A stretch of DNA of 64,000 nucleotides from an uncultured delta proteobacterium (GCA_963826785.1 CAWGYD010000008.1:128001-192000); one strand, 5' to 3'. Positions 1 to 10,682 are shown, numbered from the stretch's first letter. Notes: generated from the sequence alone by a model not told the origin. Numbers and translations: made by a program.

Positions 1-2
1 GG

Positions 3-365
3 CAGACCCTCACCGACGATCCCGGCCCATTCCCCCAGGATTACCAGAAGATCATCCTCTGTTACCTGAATTACTACCTGGATGATCCCGGGAGCCTCAA
101 AGATTTCGAAATTACCAAGCCGCCGGAAATCGTCACCGTCGACACGTTTTACCCCTTCATCCCGTTAAGCGAGGGACAAAAGGTGTGGGAAGCCTTTATC
201 GTATTCAACGCCCGGAATGAAAGCGGAGAATACACCGGCCGGGATCTTCATGTCGTCTGGATCCGGCATCATAAAATCGTCGCCTTTGACTACAAGGACA
301 TCGATTACGGATACAGCGTCAAACAGCGGCTGGGGGATCCGTGCGCGTCCGGTGAGCGGGGCTGA
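3..365 (+). CDS. Hypothetical protein, 5' end outside the window (probably exported)
   Basis: Frame is open from base 3 (QTLTDDPGPFPQDYQKIILCYL...FNARNESGEYTG...) to TGA at 363-365; extends the 183..365 ORF upstream. Confidence 0.6.
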   Translation, partial: QTLTDDPGPFPQDYQKIILCYLNYYLDDPGSLKDFEITKPPEIVTVDTFYPFIPLSEGQKVWEAFIVFNARNESGEYTGRDLHVVWIRHHKIVAFDYKDIDYGYSVKQRLGDPCASGERG

Positions 366-474
366 GAATCCGAAAATTTCCTCCCGGCCGCCGGCGTATC
401 GTCAAAAAAACGCTTTCATCACTCGATTTTAAATAAGATAAGCGAAATGAACAGGATTGGCAAAAAGATGCGGG

Positions 475-1323
475 CTATTTCAGGAGATCGCCGTAGGCAT
501 GCTCCAGTGATACGAATTCCGAAACATCCAGTGTTTCCGCCCGCCGGGAGGGATCGATGCCGGCGGCCAGCAGCACCGCTTCCACCATCTGCTCGGACAT
601 GGGCAGTTCTCCGCTTTTCAAGGCATTTTTCAGCGTCTTTCGCCGCTTGCCGAATGCCGCCTTGACGATCTGGGAAAAAACAGCCTCGTCATAGACCGGA
701 TCGTCGATGGTTTCTTTAAACCGGATTTCGATCACCTCGGAAGCCACCTTGGGCCGGGGGTAGAAAAGATGGGGGGCGACGGTGGCGATGCTTTTCAGAT
801 CCGCGCAGTATTGAAGCATCACCGACAGCCGGCCGTATTCCTTGGTCCCGGGGACAGCCTTCAGGCGCTGAACCACCTCCTTCTGAAACATCAACACCGC
901 CCGGTCTATCAGCCGGCGAAGATGGATCAGCCTGATCAACACCTGGGAAGAAATGTTGTAGGGAAGATTTCCAAGAACCACCAGTTTCTCCCCTTCCCCT
1001 ACAGCCAATGCGGAAATGTCCACATCAAAAATGTCTTGATTGATCAGCACCACGTTTTCCCGGTGCAAATTTTCAAGCTCATTTCTCAGCACGGCGGCCA
1101 TCCGGTCATCTTTTTCCACGGCGTACACCCGTGAAACGATTTCGGAGGCCGGCAGGGTCAGGGCGCCGAGCCCGGCCCCGATCTCCAGGACGACATCATC
1201 GGAATAAAGTCCGGAGCGCCGCAGCAGCATCAGTGCGGTGGACGGATCTGCCAGGAAATTCTGGCCCAGCTGTTTTCGGGGCCTCAATTGAAATGATTGC
1301 AGCAGGGTTTTGGGTGAAGTCAT
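475..1323 (-). CDS. rsmA: 16S rRNA m6,2A1518/1519 dimethyltransferase
   Basis: KQLGQNFL, VLEIGAGLG, GNLPYNISS, MFQKEV and YGRLSV motifs; start chosen at MTSPK (alternative 1338). Confidence 0.95.
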   Translation of the reverse strand: MTSPKTLLQSFQLRPRKQLGQNFLADPSTALMLLRRSGLYSDDVVLEIGAGLGALTLPASEIVSRVYAVEKDDRMAAVLRNELENLHRENVVLINQDIFDVDISALAVGEGEKLVVLGNLPYNISSQVLIRLIHLRRLIDRAVLMFQKEVVQRLKAVPGTKEYGRLSVMLQYCADLKSIATVAPHLFYPRPKVASEVIEIRFKETIDDPVYDEAVFSQIVKAAFGKRRKTLKNALKSGELPMSEQMVEAVLLAAGIDPSRRAETLDVSEFVSLEHAYGDLLK

Positions 1324-1384
1324 TTGCCATCCCGTCATAGAAGTTCCCTTTTCATTTTACCGGCAGCCTATACCATGTTGAGAC

Positions 1385-1531
1385 TACAAGCCATCTCAAA
1401 AAAACATCTAACCTCCATTAGCTGCGTTATGGACCTTTTCAAAATACTCACATATATGAGATATGCTCCGTTTTTTCATCGGCCCATGCCTTTGCTCTTG
1501 GGGGCGATCTGCTTTTTTGAGATGGCTTGTA
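1385..1531. mobile_element. MITE-like / REP-like 147-bp element with terminal inverted repeats
   Basis: TACAAGCCATCTCAAAAAA (1385-1403) is the exact reverse complement of TTTTTTGAGATGGCTTGTA (1513-1531); both ends carry TA; no coding capacity; lies between divergent genes. Confidence 0.65.
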
Positions 1532-1711
1532 AAGCGCATATTCTTTTTTAATTTTCAATAGTCATTGCCAAGTCCGCCGATAATAAAATTAGCCATTCCG
1601 CGATTTATCTGGTATGGGTCCCCAGGATCGTTCGCGCCATTTGCGATTTTATTCCGCATCCTTACCTTATTGGAGAGTTTAATTTCACATAGAAAGGACC
1701 CGCATACGGTT

Positions 1712-4696
1712 ATGGAAAAGATGACTGACCAAAACAATCCCGGCCTTGCCCCCAAAAGCCGCATCTCCGACTACCAGGTTCACAAACGGATCGAACTTTC
1801 CGAAATCAACGCCATTTATTACGAACTCGAGCATCTGCCCACCGGTGCCCGGCACATCCACATCAGCAACGCAGATTCGGAAAACAGTTTCGGGGTGATC
1901 TTCAAGACCGTGCCCACCGATTCCACCGGAGTCGCCCATATCCTCGAGCACACGGTACTCTGCGGATCGAAACGCTATCCGGTGCGGGATCCGTTTTTTT
2001 CCATGATGAAGCGCAGCCTGAGCACCTTCATGAATGCGCTGACCGCTTCGGACTGGACCATGTACCCCTTTTCCACCCAGAATCGGAAGGACTTCTACAA
2101 CCTGATGTCGGTCTACCTGGATGCGGCCTTCTATCCCCGGCTGGACCGGCTCAGCTTCAAGCAGGAAGGGCACCGCCTGGAATTTGAATCCGGGGAAGAC
2201 GACAAAACCGCCCAACTGGTCTACAAGGGGGTGGTATACAATGAAATGAAAGGGGCCATGTCCTCTCCGGATCAGCTGATGGCCCGCTCCCTCTTGAACG
2301 CGCTTTATCCGGACACCACCTACAGCAACAATTCCGGCGGCGACCCGGCACAGATCCCTCTGCTGACCCACCAGCAGCTCATCGACTTTCACCGGCACCA
2401 CTACCATCCCAGCAACGCCTATTTTTATACCTACGGGAACCTGCCCCTGGCCGATCACCTGGCCTTCATCGAGGACAAGGTGTTAAATCATTTCACCCGG
2501 ATCGACCCGAACACCGATGTTCCCTCCCAGCCCCGCTGGGACCGGCCCCGGCAGGCCGAGTACGTCTACCCGGTCGATGCCGGCGAGGACCTGTCCAAAA
2601 AATGCCAGGTGAGCGTGGCCTGGCTGACCGCGGATATCCGGCAACCCTTGGAAATGCTGGCGCTCACCATTCTGGAGCAGGTGCTCATCGGAAATTCCGG
2701 CTCGCCGCTCCGGAAGGCGCTGATCGATTCGGAACTCGGCAGCACCCTTGCCGACGGCACCGGATTCGACAGTGAAAACAAAGACACCATGTTCGCCTGC
2801 GGCCTCAAGGATGTGGCAGAGGAATCCGCCGACCAGGTCGAGGCCATCATGTTTGACACCTTATCGGACCTGCACCGCAATGGAATCGATAAGGCCCTGG
2901 TGGATTCGGCCATTCACCAGATCGAGTTTCATCAAAAGGAGATCACCAATTCCCCTTATCCCTATGGACTCAAACTGCTGCTCCGGTTTTGCGGGGACTG
3001 GCTCCACCACGGGGACCCGGCCCTGATACTCAAATTCGACCAGCTGATGGACCAGCTGCGCCGGGAAATGGCCGCAGGCCCCTTTCTGGAGGAAAAGATC
3101 AAGACCTGGTTTCTGGACAATCCCCACCGGGTCCGCCTGCTCCTGCGGCCCGATATCCAGAAGGCGGCGCAGGACCAGCGCATGGAAGCAGAACAGCTCG
3201 CAACCGTTCGCAAGAAACTTACCGAATCAGATATCCAGGCCATCACCGAGGACACCCAAAGGCTTTTAGCGCTGCAGGATGAGGAAGAAGACCTGTCGAG
3301 CCTGCCCACCCTGGAAAAAGACGATATCCCGCCCGAGGTGGAGCGGGTTGCGGTGTCTGCCGGATATGACGAAGCCATCGCCGATTTTTATGAACAGCCC
3401 ACTTCCGGCATCTTCTATTTTACCGCCGCCCTGGGTTTAAACGGATTATCCGATGTGCATATTCCCATGCTGCCGCTGTTCTGCCATGCCATATCCCGAT
3501 GCGGAACCGCCCGGCACAGCGACTCGGAAATGGCACAGATCAAGGATCTGGTCACCGGCGGCATCGGATGGCGCATCAATGCCGCCACCAGTTTTAAAAG
3601 GCCTGACAACGATGTCTGCCTGCCCCTGGTAACGATCAATGCCAAATGCCTGTCCAAAAATGTGGAAAAAATGTTTGACCTGATGGGCGAAATCATGGGG
3701 GAGATGGATTTTAGGGACTTGAACCTGCTCAAGCACCTGGTTTTGGAATACCGCTCCGATCTGGATTCCGCCATCGTCTCCGGCGGCCACCGGTATGCCG
3801 TTTCCCTGGCTTCACGCAATTTTACCCCGGCCGCCCGGCTAAACGAGCGGTGGCATGGCATCCACCAGCTCCGTCACCTGAAAGACATCAGCGGCGAGTT
3901 GGATGATGAAAAACTCAAGGCCATCTCCGACGATCTCATCCATATCGCCTCGGTGATTTTCAACCGCAAAAACATGAAAGCGGGACTTATCGGAGAAGCC
4001 TCCGACCTGAAGCAGGCCGAAACCTGTTTCCGCCGGCTGCGGGATCAACTGGATGGCACGGCCGCCTCGGGGTTGGCGGCACCGGCGGATAATTTTCAAG
4101 CGGAGCGGGTTCGTGAAGGCTGGAGCACCGCTACGGCCGTTTCCTTTGTGGCCAGTGTCATGGAAACCAGGCGGCTGCAGCATGAGGACGCACCGGCCCT
4201 GGCGGTGATCAGCAAAATTCTGCGATCCATGTTCCTGCACCGGGAAATCCGGGAGAAAGGCGGGGCCTACGGCGGATTTGCCGGATACCAGACGGAAAGC
4301 GGCCTGTTTTACTTCGCCTCCTACCGCGATCCCCATATCGTCAATACCTTGAAGGTTTTTCAGGAAGCGGCCCGGTTCATCACCACGGAAGCGTTGACTG
4401 AAGAAAATATCAAGGAGGCCATCCTGCAGGTCTGCGCGGATATCGATCGCCCGGACACCCCGGCCGCCATGGCCATCAAGGCATTTTACCGTAAACTGGT
4501 GTCGCTTGACGATGAGATGCGCCAGACGTTTAAAAAACGGCTTCTTCAGCTGGATGGAAAACGGGTGCGGGAAGTGGCGCTGACCTGGTTCGACAAACCC
4601 GAACTCCCCACTGCAGTAGCGGTGATCTCCAATGAACAGGCCTTAAAGGATGCCAACAGTCGGCTTGAGCCCAAGCTTCGGTTGAACCGGATTTAA
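1712..4696 (+). CDS. M16 (insulinase) metallopeptidase, presequence-protease/M16C type
   Basis: Inverted zinc motif HILEH (GVAHILEHTVLCGS), RDPFF, MNALT, GVVYNEMKG, IREKGGAYG, SYRDP; AGAAAGGA upstream of ATG 1712. Confidence 0.93.
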   Translation: MEKMTDQNNPGLAPKSRISDYQVHKRIELSEINAIYYELEHLPTGARHIHISNADSENSFGVIFKTVPTDSTGVAHILEHTVLCGSKRYPVRDPFFSMMKRSLSTFMNALTASDWTMYPFSTQNRKDFYNLMSVYLDAAFYPRLDRLSFKQEGHRLEFESGEDDKTAQLVYKGVVYNEMKGAMSSPDQLMARSLLNALYPDTTYSNNSGGDPAQIPLLTHQQLIDFHRHHYHPSNAYFYTYGNLPLADHLAFIEDKVLNHFTRIDPNTDVPSQPRWDRPRQAEYVYPVDAGEDLSKKCQVSVAWLTADIRQPLEMLALTILEQVLIGNSGSPLRKALIDSELGSTLADGTGFDSENKDTMFACGLKDVAEESADQVEAIMFDTLSDLHRNGIDKALVDSAIHQIEFHQKEITNSPYPYGLKLLLRFCGDWLHHGDPALILKFDQLMDQLRREMAAGPFLEEKIKTWFLDNPHRVRLLLRPDIQKAAQDQRMEAEQLATVRKKLTESDIQAITEDTQRLLALQDEEEDLSSLPTLEKDDIPPEVERVAVSAGYDEAIADFYEQPTSGIFYFTAALGLNGLSDVHIPMLPLFCHAISRCGTARHSDSEMAQIKDLVTGGIGWRINAATSFKRPDNDVCLPLVTINAKCLSKNVEKMFDLMGEIMGEMDFRDLNLLKHLVLEYRSDLDSAIVSGGHRYAVSLASRNFTPAARLNERWHGIHQLRHLKDISGELDDEKLKAISDDLIHIASVIFNRKNMKAGLIGEASDLKQAETCFRRLRDQLDGTAASGLAAPADNFQAERVREGWSTATAVSFVASVMETRRLQHEDAPALAVISKILRSMFLHREIREKGGAYGGFAGYQTESGLFYFASYRDPHIVNTLKVFQEAARFITTEALTEENIKEAILQVCADIDRPDTPAAMAIKAFYRKLVSLDDEMRQTFKKRLLQLDGKRVREVALTWFDKPELPTAVAVISNEQALKDANSRLEPKLRLNRI

Positions 4697-4700
4697 AACT

Positions 4701-5567
4701 TTAAGCCAGAATCTTTCTTAATTTCTCCGCCTCGTTCCGGGAAAGGGCCCCTTTGGCCAGGGCGATATCGATGGTGGCGGCCCCCAGTACTTTGTACAGG
4801 GCCGCTTCCGCCGGCAGTTCAGACATGGCCCGCAGATGGTCCTCCACGGTGGCCGCATCCCCCCGGGCAATTGGCCCGGTGAGGGCATCGGGGATTCCCA
4901 CGGAGTCGATATTATTCAAGGTCCCCCGGATCAGGGGCTGCAGGATGGAAAACAGCTGATCCTTGGAAACACCGGCTGCGGACAGCAGTTTGAAAGAAAA
5001 ATCCAGCAGCGTCACCAGGTAGTTGGAGGCCACCACCGCCGAGGCATGATACAGGGTTTTTCCTTCTGTGCGGATCATAAAGGGGGTCGCGCCCAGATCG
5101 GCGGCGATCGCTTCAGCCGCCCTCACCGCCTGATCATCCCCTTCGAGCGCCATCATGATCCCATGAAAGGGATTGATGTTCAGATTGGCAGCGATGCTTT
5201 GCAGCGGATGGAGTGATCCGATAAAAGCGCCGCCCGATTTTGCCGGAGAAAGGATGGTGGAAGGAAGCGAGCCGCTGCAGTGAAAAACGCTGCTGCCGCC
5301 CTTAAATCCCCGGGCGTCTGCAATCTGACGGCAGACATCGGCGATGGCCTGATCGGGCGTGGTGATAAATACCAGATCCGCATTGCGCGCCGCTCGGGTG
5401 ATGTCAGCCACCGTCTTTTTCGCACCACCGGCCGCTTCCGCGGTCTTTTGAGCCGACGACAGGTGCCTGCTGGCAAACCCGGCAGGGAGGTAACCGGCGT
5501 TGAACAGTTCCCGCGCCAGCGCGGTACCCACCTTCCCGCACCCGATAATGGCAAATGTTGGCTTCAT
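4701..5567 (-). CDS. Rossmann-like + DUF2520 oxidoreductase (PanG-like ketopantoate reductase family)
   Basis: IIGCGKVG, HCSG, SLHPLQS, LYHASAVVASN, LTGPIARGD motifs. Confidence 0.85.
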   Translation of the reverse strand: MKPTFAIIGCGKVGTALARELFNAGYLPAGFASRHLSSAQKTAEAAGGAKKTVADITRAARNADLVFITTPDQAIADVCRQIADARGFKGGSSVFHCSGSLPSTILSPAKSGGAFIGSLHPLQSIAANLNINPFHGIMMALEGDDQAVRAAEAIAADLGATPFMIRTEGKTLYHASAVVASNYLVTLLDFSFKLLSAAGVSKDQLFSILQPLIRGTLNNIDSVGIPDALTGPIARGDAATVEDHLRAMSELPAEAALYKVLGAATIDIALAKGALSRNEAEKLRKILA

Positions 5568-5729
5568 CCGGCAGTCCCTCCGCTTCTATGATTCATTCGG
5601 CCCATGATGTTCATTAAAAAAAACTTCTTAACATTCCGGCAAGACGATCTTTTACATCTAATAGCAAATATATCAAATTCCTTCAATCGCGATACCGCAC
5701 AAAAAACGAGCAATCGTTCGATATTTGAA

Positions 5730-5759
5730 TTGACAGGGAAGAAAATGATATGCCATATT
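5730..5759 (+). promoter_or_regulatory. Putative sigma70 promoter for the ETF alpha gene
   Basis: TTGACA (5730-5735), 18-nt spacer, TGn-CATATT (5754-5759); ATG at 5766. Confidence 0.45.
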
Positions 5760-5765
5760 CATGGC

Positions 5766-6743
5766 ATGGAGCGTCATATTCTCATCATTGCCGAGCATGC
5801 CGGCAGCGCCTTGTCTCCGCTTACCGCTGAACTGATCACCTGCGCGCGCCGTCTATCGGGCTTTTTGTCACCAGCCAGGGAAATCAAGCTGATCCTGTCA
5901 ACTGATGACCACCAGGAGGCAGCGGCGGCCGCCCGCGATTTCAGTGTGGATGTCATTGACCTTCAAAGCGGTGGGCACACCCAAAGACCGCAGATGGTCT
6001 ACAAGCACCTTCCCCGAGACCTTTTGCTGGAATTCGATCCCGAAATCATCCTGCTGGCCCATACCGCCTCCGGCCTGGAAGCCGCGCCCGCAATTGCCGC
6101 CCGGCTGAACGCCGCCTGCATGACCGGTGTCGAAAACATCACCGTCCATGAGAACCGCCTTCATTTCGACCGGTTGATCGCGGGCGGTAAAATCATGACC
6201 CGGCTGACCTCAAATGCCCCGGTCACCGTGTGTACCATTCAGCCCGGCCTTTATGAAGCCGACGGGATGACAGGCCCGGCTTCACCCGGACGCATCATTG
6301 AAAAAATCCTCCCTGAAACGGAACCTTTCTATGTCTCCAAAGGGATGAATCGAGGCTGCGCCGATGTGTCAAACCTCAAGGGAGCCGACGTGATTGTCGC
6401 TGCCGGGAACGGAGTACGGGAAAAAGAACAGCTCGGATTGATCCGTAAGCTTTCGGAATTGTTCCCCAAGTCGGCACTGGCCGGGTCCCGCCCGATATGC
6501 GACCGGAAATGGCTGGAATACCACCAGCAGGTGGGGATCACCGGCGCCGTGGTCAAGCCGAAGCTCTACCTGGCCTGCGGCATATCCGGCGCCAGCCAGC
6601 ATATCGCCGGCATGAAGCAGTCCCAGTTTATCGTATCGATCAATACGGATCCCCGGGCAGCCATCTGCAATTTCTCCGATATCTGCGTGGTTGAGGATCT
6701 GGCCACGTTTATCCCCGCTTTCATAGATATCATCCAATCATAA
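5766..6743 (+). CDS. etfA: Electron transfer flavoprotein alpha subunit (FixB family)
   Basis: ILIIAEH N-terminus; ADVIVAAGNG, AGSRP, QVGITG, PKLYLACGISGASQHIAGM, INTD motifs. Confidence 0.9.
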   Translation: MERHILIIAEHAGSALSPLTAELITCARRLSGFLSPAREIKLILSTDDHQEAAAAARDFSVDVIDLQSGGHTQRPQMVYKHLPRDLLLEFDPEIILLAHTASGLEAAPAIAARLNAACMTGVENITVHENRLHFDRLIAGGKIMTRLTSNAPVTVCTIQPGLYEADGMTGPASPGRIIEKILPETEPFYVSKGMNRGCADVSNLKGADVIVAAGNGVREKEQLGLIRKLSELFPKSALAGSRPICDRKWLEYHQQVGITGAVVKPKLYLACGISGASQHIAGMKQSQFIVSINTDPRAAICNFSDICVVEDLATFIPAFIDIIQS

Positions 6744-6848
6744 ATACAGCCGGCCCCATGATCGGTATTGTCCCCCCCTTTAAAATGTGATATCCAGTTC
6801 TTTCCGTGATATACCGATATTCGCCTCAATGGATCAGAGGATTCCCCC

Positions 6849-8859
6849 ATGACTCAAGACGCATCCGCACATGATCTGAAAAAGCGCTTCGCCGCACTGG
6901 AAGCCGAACTCGCCGCATGCCGGGACCGGGTTGCGGAACTGGAAACCAGCGAGCGCCAGTACCGCATGCTCATCGAAAACATCCCCGAAATGATCTGGAT
7001 CATGACGGCGGACAAGTTCAAGCTGACTTATCTGAATCCGTACGCCGAAAAAATGCTCGGCTATACGGTGGACGAGATTCTCAACAAATCGTTCCAGGAG
7101 ATCCTGACGCCGGCATCATTTAATTTCGCCGCTCGCTATTTCGTACAGGAACGGCAGAAATACATCGATGACATTCACCGGAAACCCCGGCCGCATATTT
7201 TCGAAATCGAATATATCCGCAAGGACGGATCCACCTTCTGGGTTGAAGTCAACGGGTGCCCCATTTTTGATGAACATCACCGGCTGATACGAATCATCGG
7301 GGTTTCACGGGATATTTCAGATCGGGTGGAAGCGCGGAAGGCGTTGAAAAAAAGCGAGGAAAAGTACCGGACCCTCTTTGAAGATTCAAGAGACACCATT
7401 TATATCACCACCCGGGACGGTCTTTTTGTCGACATCAATCCGGCGGGCCTCGATCTCTTCGGCTACACCCGGAAGGAGATCATCGGCACGGATGTCCGAA
7501 ACATCTACCTGGACGCCGCAGAGCGGAATACCTTCACGGCGGCCATCGAAGAAGCCGGTTTCGTGCGCGATTATGAAATCCAGTTCAAGAAAAAGGACGG
7601 GGTCCCCATCGATTGTCTGCTCACGTCCACACTCTGGCTCGGAGATGACGGCGCCATCCTGGGATATCAAGGGGTGATGCGGGATATCACCTCCCAGAAG
7701 CGGATCATCCGTCAGCTTCAGCAGATCCAGAAAATGGAGGCCATCGGCACCCTTGCCGGCGGCATTGCTCACAACTTCAACAATATCTTGATGACCATCC
7801 AGGGAAATACCTCCCTGATGTTGATGAAAACCGATCCCGATCACCCCCATTACCCGAAACTCAAAATTATCGAGCAGCATATCCAGTTCGGTGCGGATTT
7901 GAGCCGGCAGCTGCTCGGTTTCGCCCGGGGAGAGCAGTCGGAATCCAAGAAGATCCGGCTGAACCTGCTGATCCAGATCAGCGCCAAGATGTTTGCCAGC
8001 ACCAAAAAAGGAAATATCGGTCCACACCCGCTTCGAAAAAGAACTCTGGCCGGTAATTGCCGATCCGGGCCAGATGGAACAGGTATTTCTCAACCTGCTG
8101 GTCAATGCCTGGCAGGCCATGCCGGACGGGGGCGAGGTCCATATCGAGACAGAAAACCTGACCTTAAACCCGCACCAGATTTCCATGTACCGGCTGCCGC
8201 CGGGGCGCTATGTCAAAATCGCGTTCACCGATACCGGAATCGGGATGGATGAACGGACCCGGGAAAAAATTTTCGAACCCTTTTTCACCACCAAGGAACA
8301 GGGCCACGGCACCGGTCTCGGGCTGACCACCGTATACGGGATCATTCAGAGCCATGGGGGCTATATCGCCGTCTACAGCGAACCGGCCAAGGGAAGCACA
8401 TTCTCTATTTACCTGCCGGCTGCCGAAGATTTGGTGAAAGTGGAAAAGCCCGCACCTCCCATTCTCATCAAAGGAAATGAATCCGTTTTGATAATCGATG
8501 ATGAAACCATGATCATCGATACCGCACAGACCATGCTGGCCGAGTTGGGATACACCGTTTACACCGCGGACAGCGGGAAAAAAGGCATAGAGGCCTTTCT
8601 CAATCTTGCGGAGCAGGTCGACCTGGTGATCTTAGATATGATCATGCCCCACATGAGCGGCAATGAGACCTTTGAACGCTTGAAAACCATCGACCCGGAA
8701 GTGAAGGTGCTGCTGTCCAGCGGATATGGTTTGAACGGGCAGGCATCGGTCCTGATGGAAAAAGGATGCCGGGGGTTTATTCAAAAGCCCTTTACGATCC
8801 GGGAACTCTCCAGAAAAGTAAGAGAGGTGCTGGAGAGCGCCCCGGTGGAAATGTCATAA
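6849..8859 (+). pseudogene. PAS-PAS hybrid sensor histidine kinase-receiver, split by a +1 frameshift (or a sequencing error)
   Basis: ORF 6849 has two PAS domains and the H-box (GTLAGGIAHNFNN). ORF 7993..8859 continues with KEISVH, QVFLNLLVNA, DTGIGM, FFTTK, GTGLGL and a receiver (LDMIMP). The frames join at ACC AAA AAA G GAA (8001-8013). Confidence 0.85.
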
Positions 8860-8863
8860 AGGT

Positions 8864-10087
8864 TCAATCCCTGCTTTTTCGGTAGGCATTGTAGGCAGCG
8901 TCGGCCTGGCGCAGGATGAACTCGGGACTGCGCAGACTGTCCATCTCGTGCTGGCAGCCGCACCCCAGGCATTCCTTGCGGGCGCGGACCGGAAAATGCT
9001 TGCAGGGCAAAAGCCGGGCCTCGTCGTCCCGCCGCCGGCCGAACACCTCTTCGTTGGGCAGCAGGGAGGCATTCGATCCGCCGAAATAATACCAGTTGGT
9101 CAGGGTGCACCCGCCCCCGTTTTCGGGCGTGGGGCAGGAACAGATGGTATAAGGCGTGTCAAACAGCTTCATGGACGAAAACAGGGTCCCCCGGGCCAGA
9201 TAGAAGATGGTGGCCAGTTCGAACACCAGTTCCTTGTGGATCAGGTGGGCCTTGCGGTTGCGGTGCAGGGACCGGACCCAGGCGGGTGTGTATTTTTCGT
9301 GCACCGGCAGGATCTCCCAGTGGGGATAGGTCCGTTCAAAAAGGGTTTCCAGCTGGTAGCCGGCATCATCCGACGCTTTCAGCCGCAGCAGATCCTCGCA
9401 GAGATCCGTAAACACGGCATCCGTATCCGGCAGGGTCCCGAACTTTTCCTTGAGTTCTTTGTAGCGGCCGACAAACCGGTCCAGCAGCTGCCTGCCCGTT
9501 TCTTCCGATACCCGGTTGTAAATTTTTCCATCCTGGCGCAGGTCGTCCACGATGCCTGCGCTTCGGCACGCACAGTGCCCCAGGTAGACCGGATCCGCGC
9601 TCAGGATGTCTGACCAGACCGTCTGCAGCGGCACCACCCGGCCGTTTAAGACATAATTGAGCCCGATGTCCCGGATGCGGGGAACCACGTCCCCGGGCAG
9701 ATGGCTGATCCACCAGGGAAGCAGCACCACCAGCTCATGGATCACCGGCACCGAGGTTTCCCGACGCCACAGGAGGTATTCCCCCATTTTATTTGCCATT
9801 CGCCGGGCCACGGAGCGCTTCAGTTCCGGCTGTTCATCGGTCAGTATCGCTTTTAAGATGGATTCGGAAAGCCGCTTTTTCTCGACATCTACCAGCTTTT
9901 GGTGAAGAAGCTCCGGATTGCCCCGGCTGATATCGCGGACTCGCCGGGCCAGGGCGGCCAGTTCCCGCAGGGCGATGGGCCAGCGCCGGTCCAGTTCCTT
10001 CTGCTCGTCACTGCAAAACACATCTTCTGCGCTATCGCCGTTACCGCTGTCATCGACCCGCTTGTTCATCGCCATTTTTCCATGCAT
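8864..10087 (-). CDS. Hypothetical Cys-rich protein, possible Fe-S or metal binding
   Basis: 407-aa ORF with host-like GC; motifs HCACRS, ICSCP...GCT, CKHFP...CLGCGCQH. Confidence 0.7.
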   Translation of the reverse strand: MHGKMAMNKRVDDSGNGDSAEDVFCSDEQKELDRRWPIALRELAALARRVRDISRGNPELLHQKLVDVEKKRLSESILKAILTDEQPELKRSVARRMANKMGEYLLWRRETSVPVIHELVVLLPWWISHLPGDVVPRIRDIGLNYVLNGRVVPLQTVWSDILSADPVYLGHCACRSAGIVDDLRQDGKIYNRVSEETGRQLLDRFVGRYKELKEKFGTLPDTDAVFTDLCEDLLRLKASDDAGYQLETLFERTYPHWEILPVHEKYTPAWVRSLHRNRKAHLIHKELVFELATIFYLARGTLFSSMKLFDTPYTICSCPTPENGGGCTLTNWYYFGGSNASLLPNEEVFGRRRDDEARLLPCKHFPVRARKECLGCGCQHEMDSLRSPEFILRQADAAYNAYRKSRD

Positions 10088-10197
10088 TTGGTGGGTTTCT
10101 TCAGAGCCTGCTTATAACCGGAAGCGTACACTTTATCAAGCAGGAATGGTTGGCGGGGAAGAACCATGAAAAATCAAGAATACCTCAAATTCTGTAG

Positions 10198-10579
10198 CTA
10201 TCGCAGCTGATTGAGCACGCTTTGTTGATGCATCACAGATCAGGTAATTTCCCTGATCGGATTTATGTGACCCTGCTTACCCCCAAATATTTTAAAGACA
10301 AACAGGGGCTGTTTGCTGAACGGAATTACTGGGGGAAATTTGAAAAGTATTTCTGATTTGGCAGAACTCAAAGCTGATTTAGAACTCTATCCCCTTCCCT
10401 TTCTTAACCACAGCATAGAAACCCTCTTGGGACGAGTAAATTCGCTAATTTTGCGATGGGTAACTTTTGAAGAACTGCTCAGTCTGCCTAACCGGGTAAG
10501 CCACAACGTCCCTGGAAAATACATTCGAAATTGGTACCAGATCTTTAATGAAATAGGTATGGGATTTTATTATGAATGA
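10198..10579 (+). pseudogene. 5'-truncated, frameshifted gene remnant at the island's left edge
   Basis: One frame reads LSQLIEHALLMHHRSGNFPDRIYVTLLTPKYFK...NYWGKFEKY (10198-10350) after an in-frame TAG. It continues in the next frame as SDLAELKADLEL...LILRWVTFEEL... to TGA 10579. No convincing start codon. Confidence 0.5.
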
Positions 10580-10682
10580 ATATTAAGTTAATGATTTTAT
10601 AAATTTTAGCTAAATTGCTTTACTTCAAATAAACGCTGATTTTTTTGTCGGTAATTTATCTTCTGATCAAAATGGATAGAAA

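Noticed and set aside
8004..8010. AAAAAAG as a dnaX/IS-type programmed -1 frameshift
   Set aside because: Restoring the kinase needs a +1 shift, and the heptamer is not phased as A AAA AAG in the upstream frame.
10088..10320. att sites or direct repeats shared with the right flank (22797-23060)
   Set aside because: Only short local hairpins (CCTGCTT/AAGCAGG, GATCAGG/CCTGATC; AGGCAAG/CTTGCCT on the right); no shared repeat or tRNA fragment found by eye.
10313..10579. 88-aa ORF as an independent gene
   Set aside because: TTG start without an SD; better explained as the 3' part of a frameshifted remnant starting upstream.
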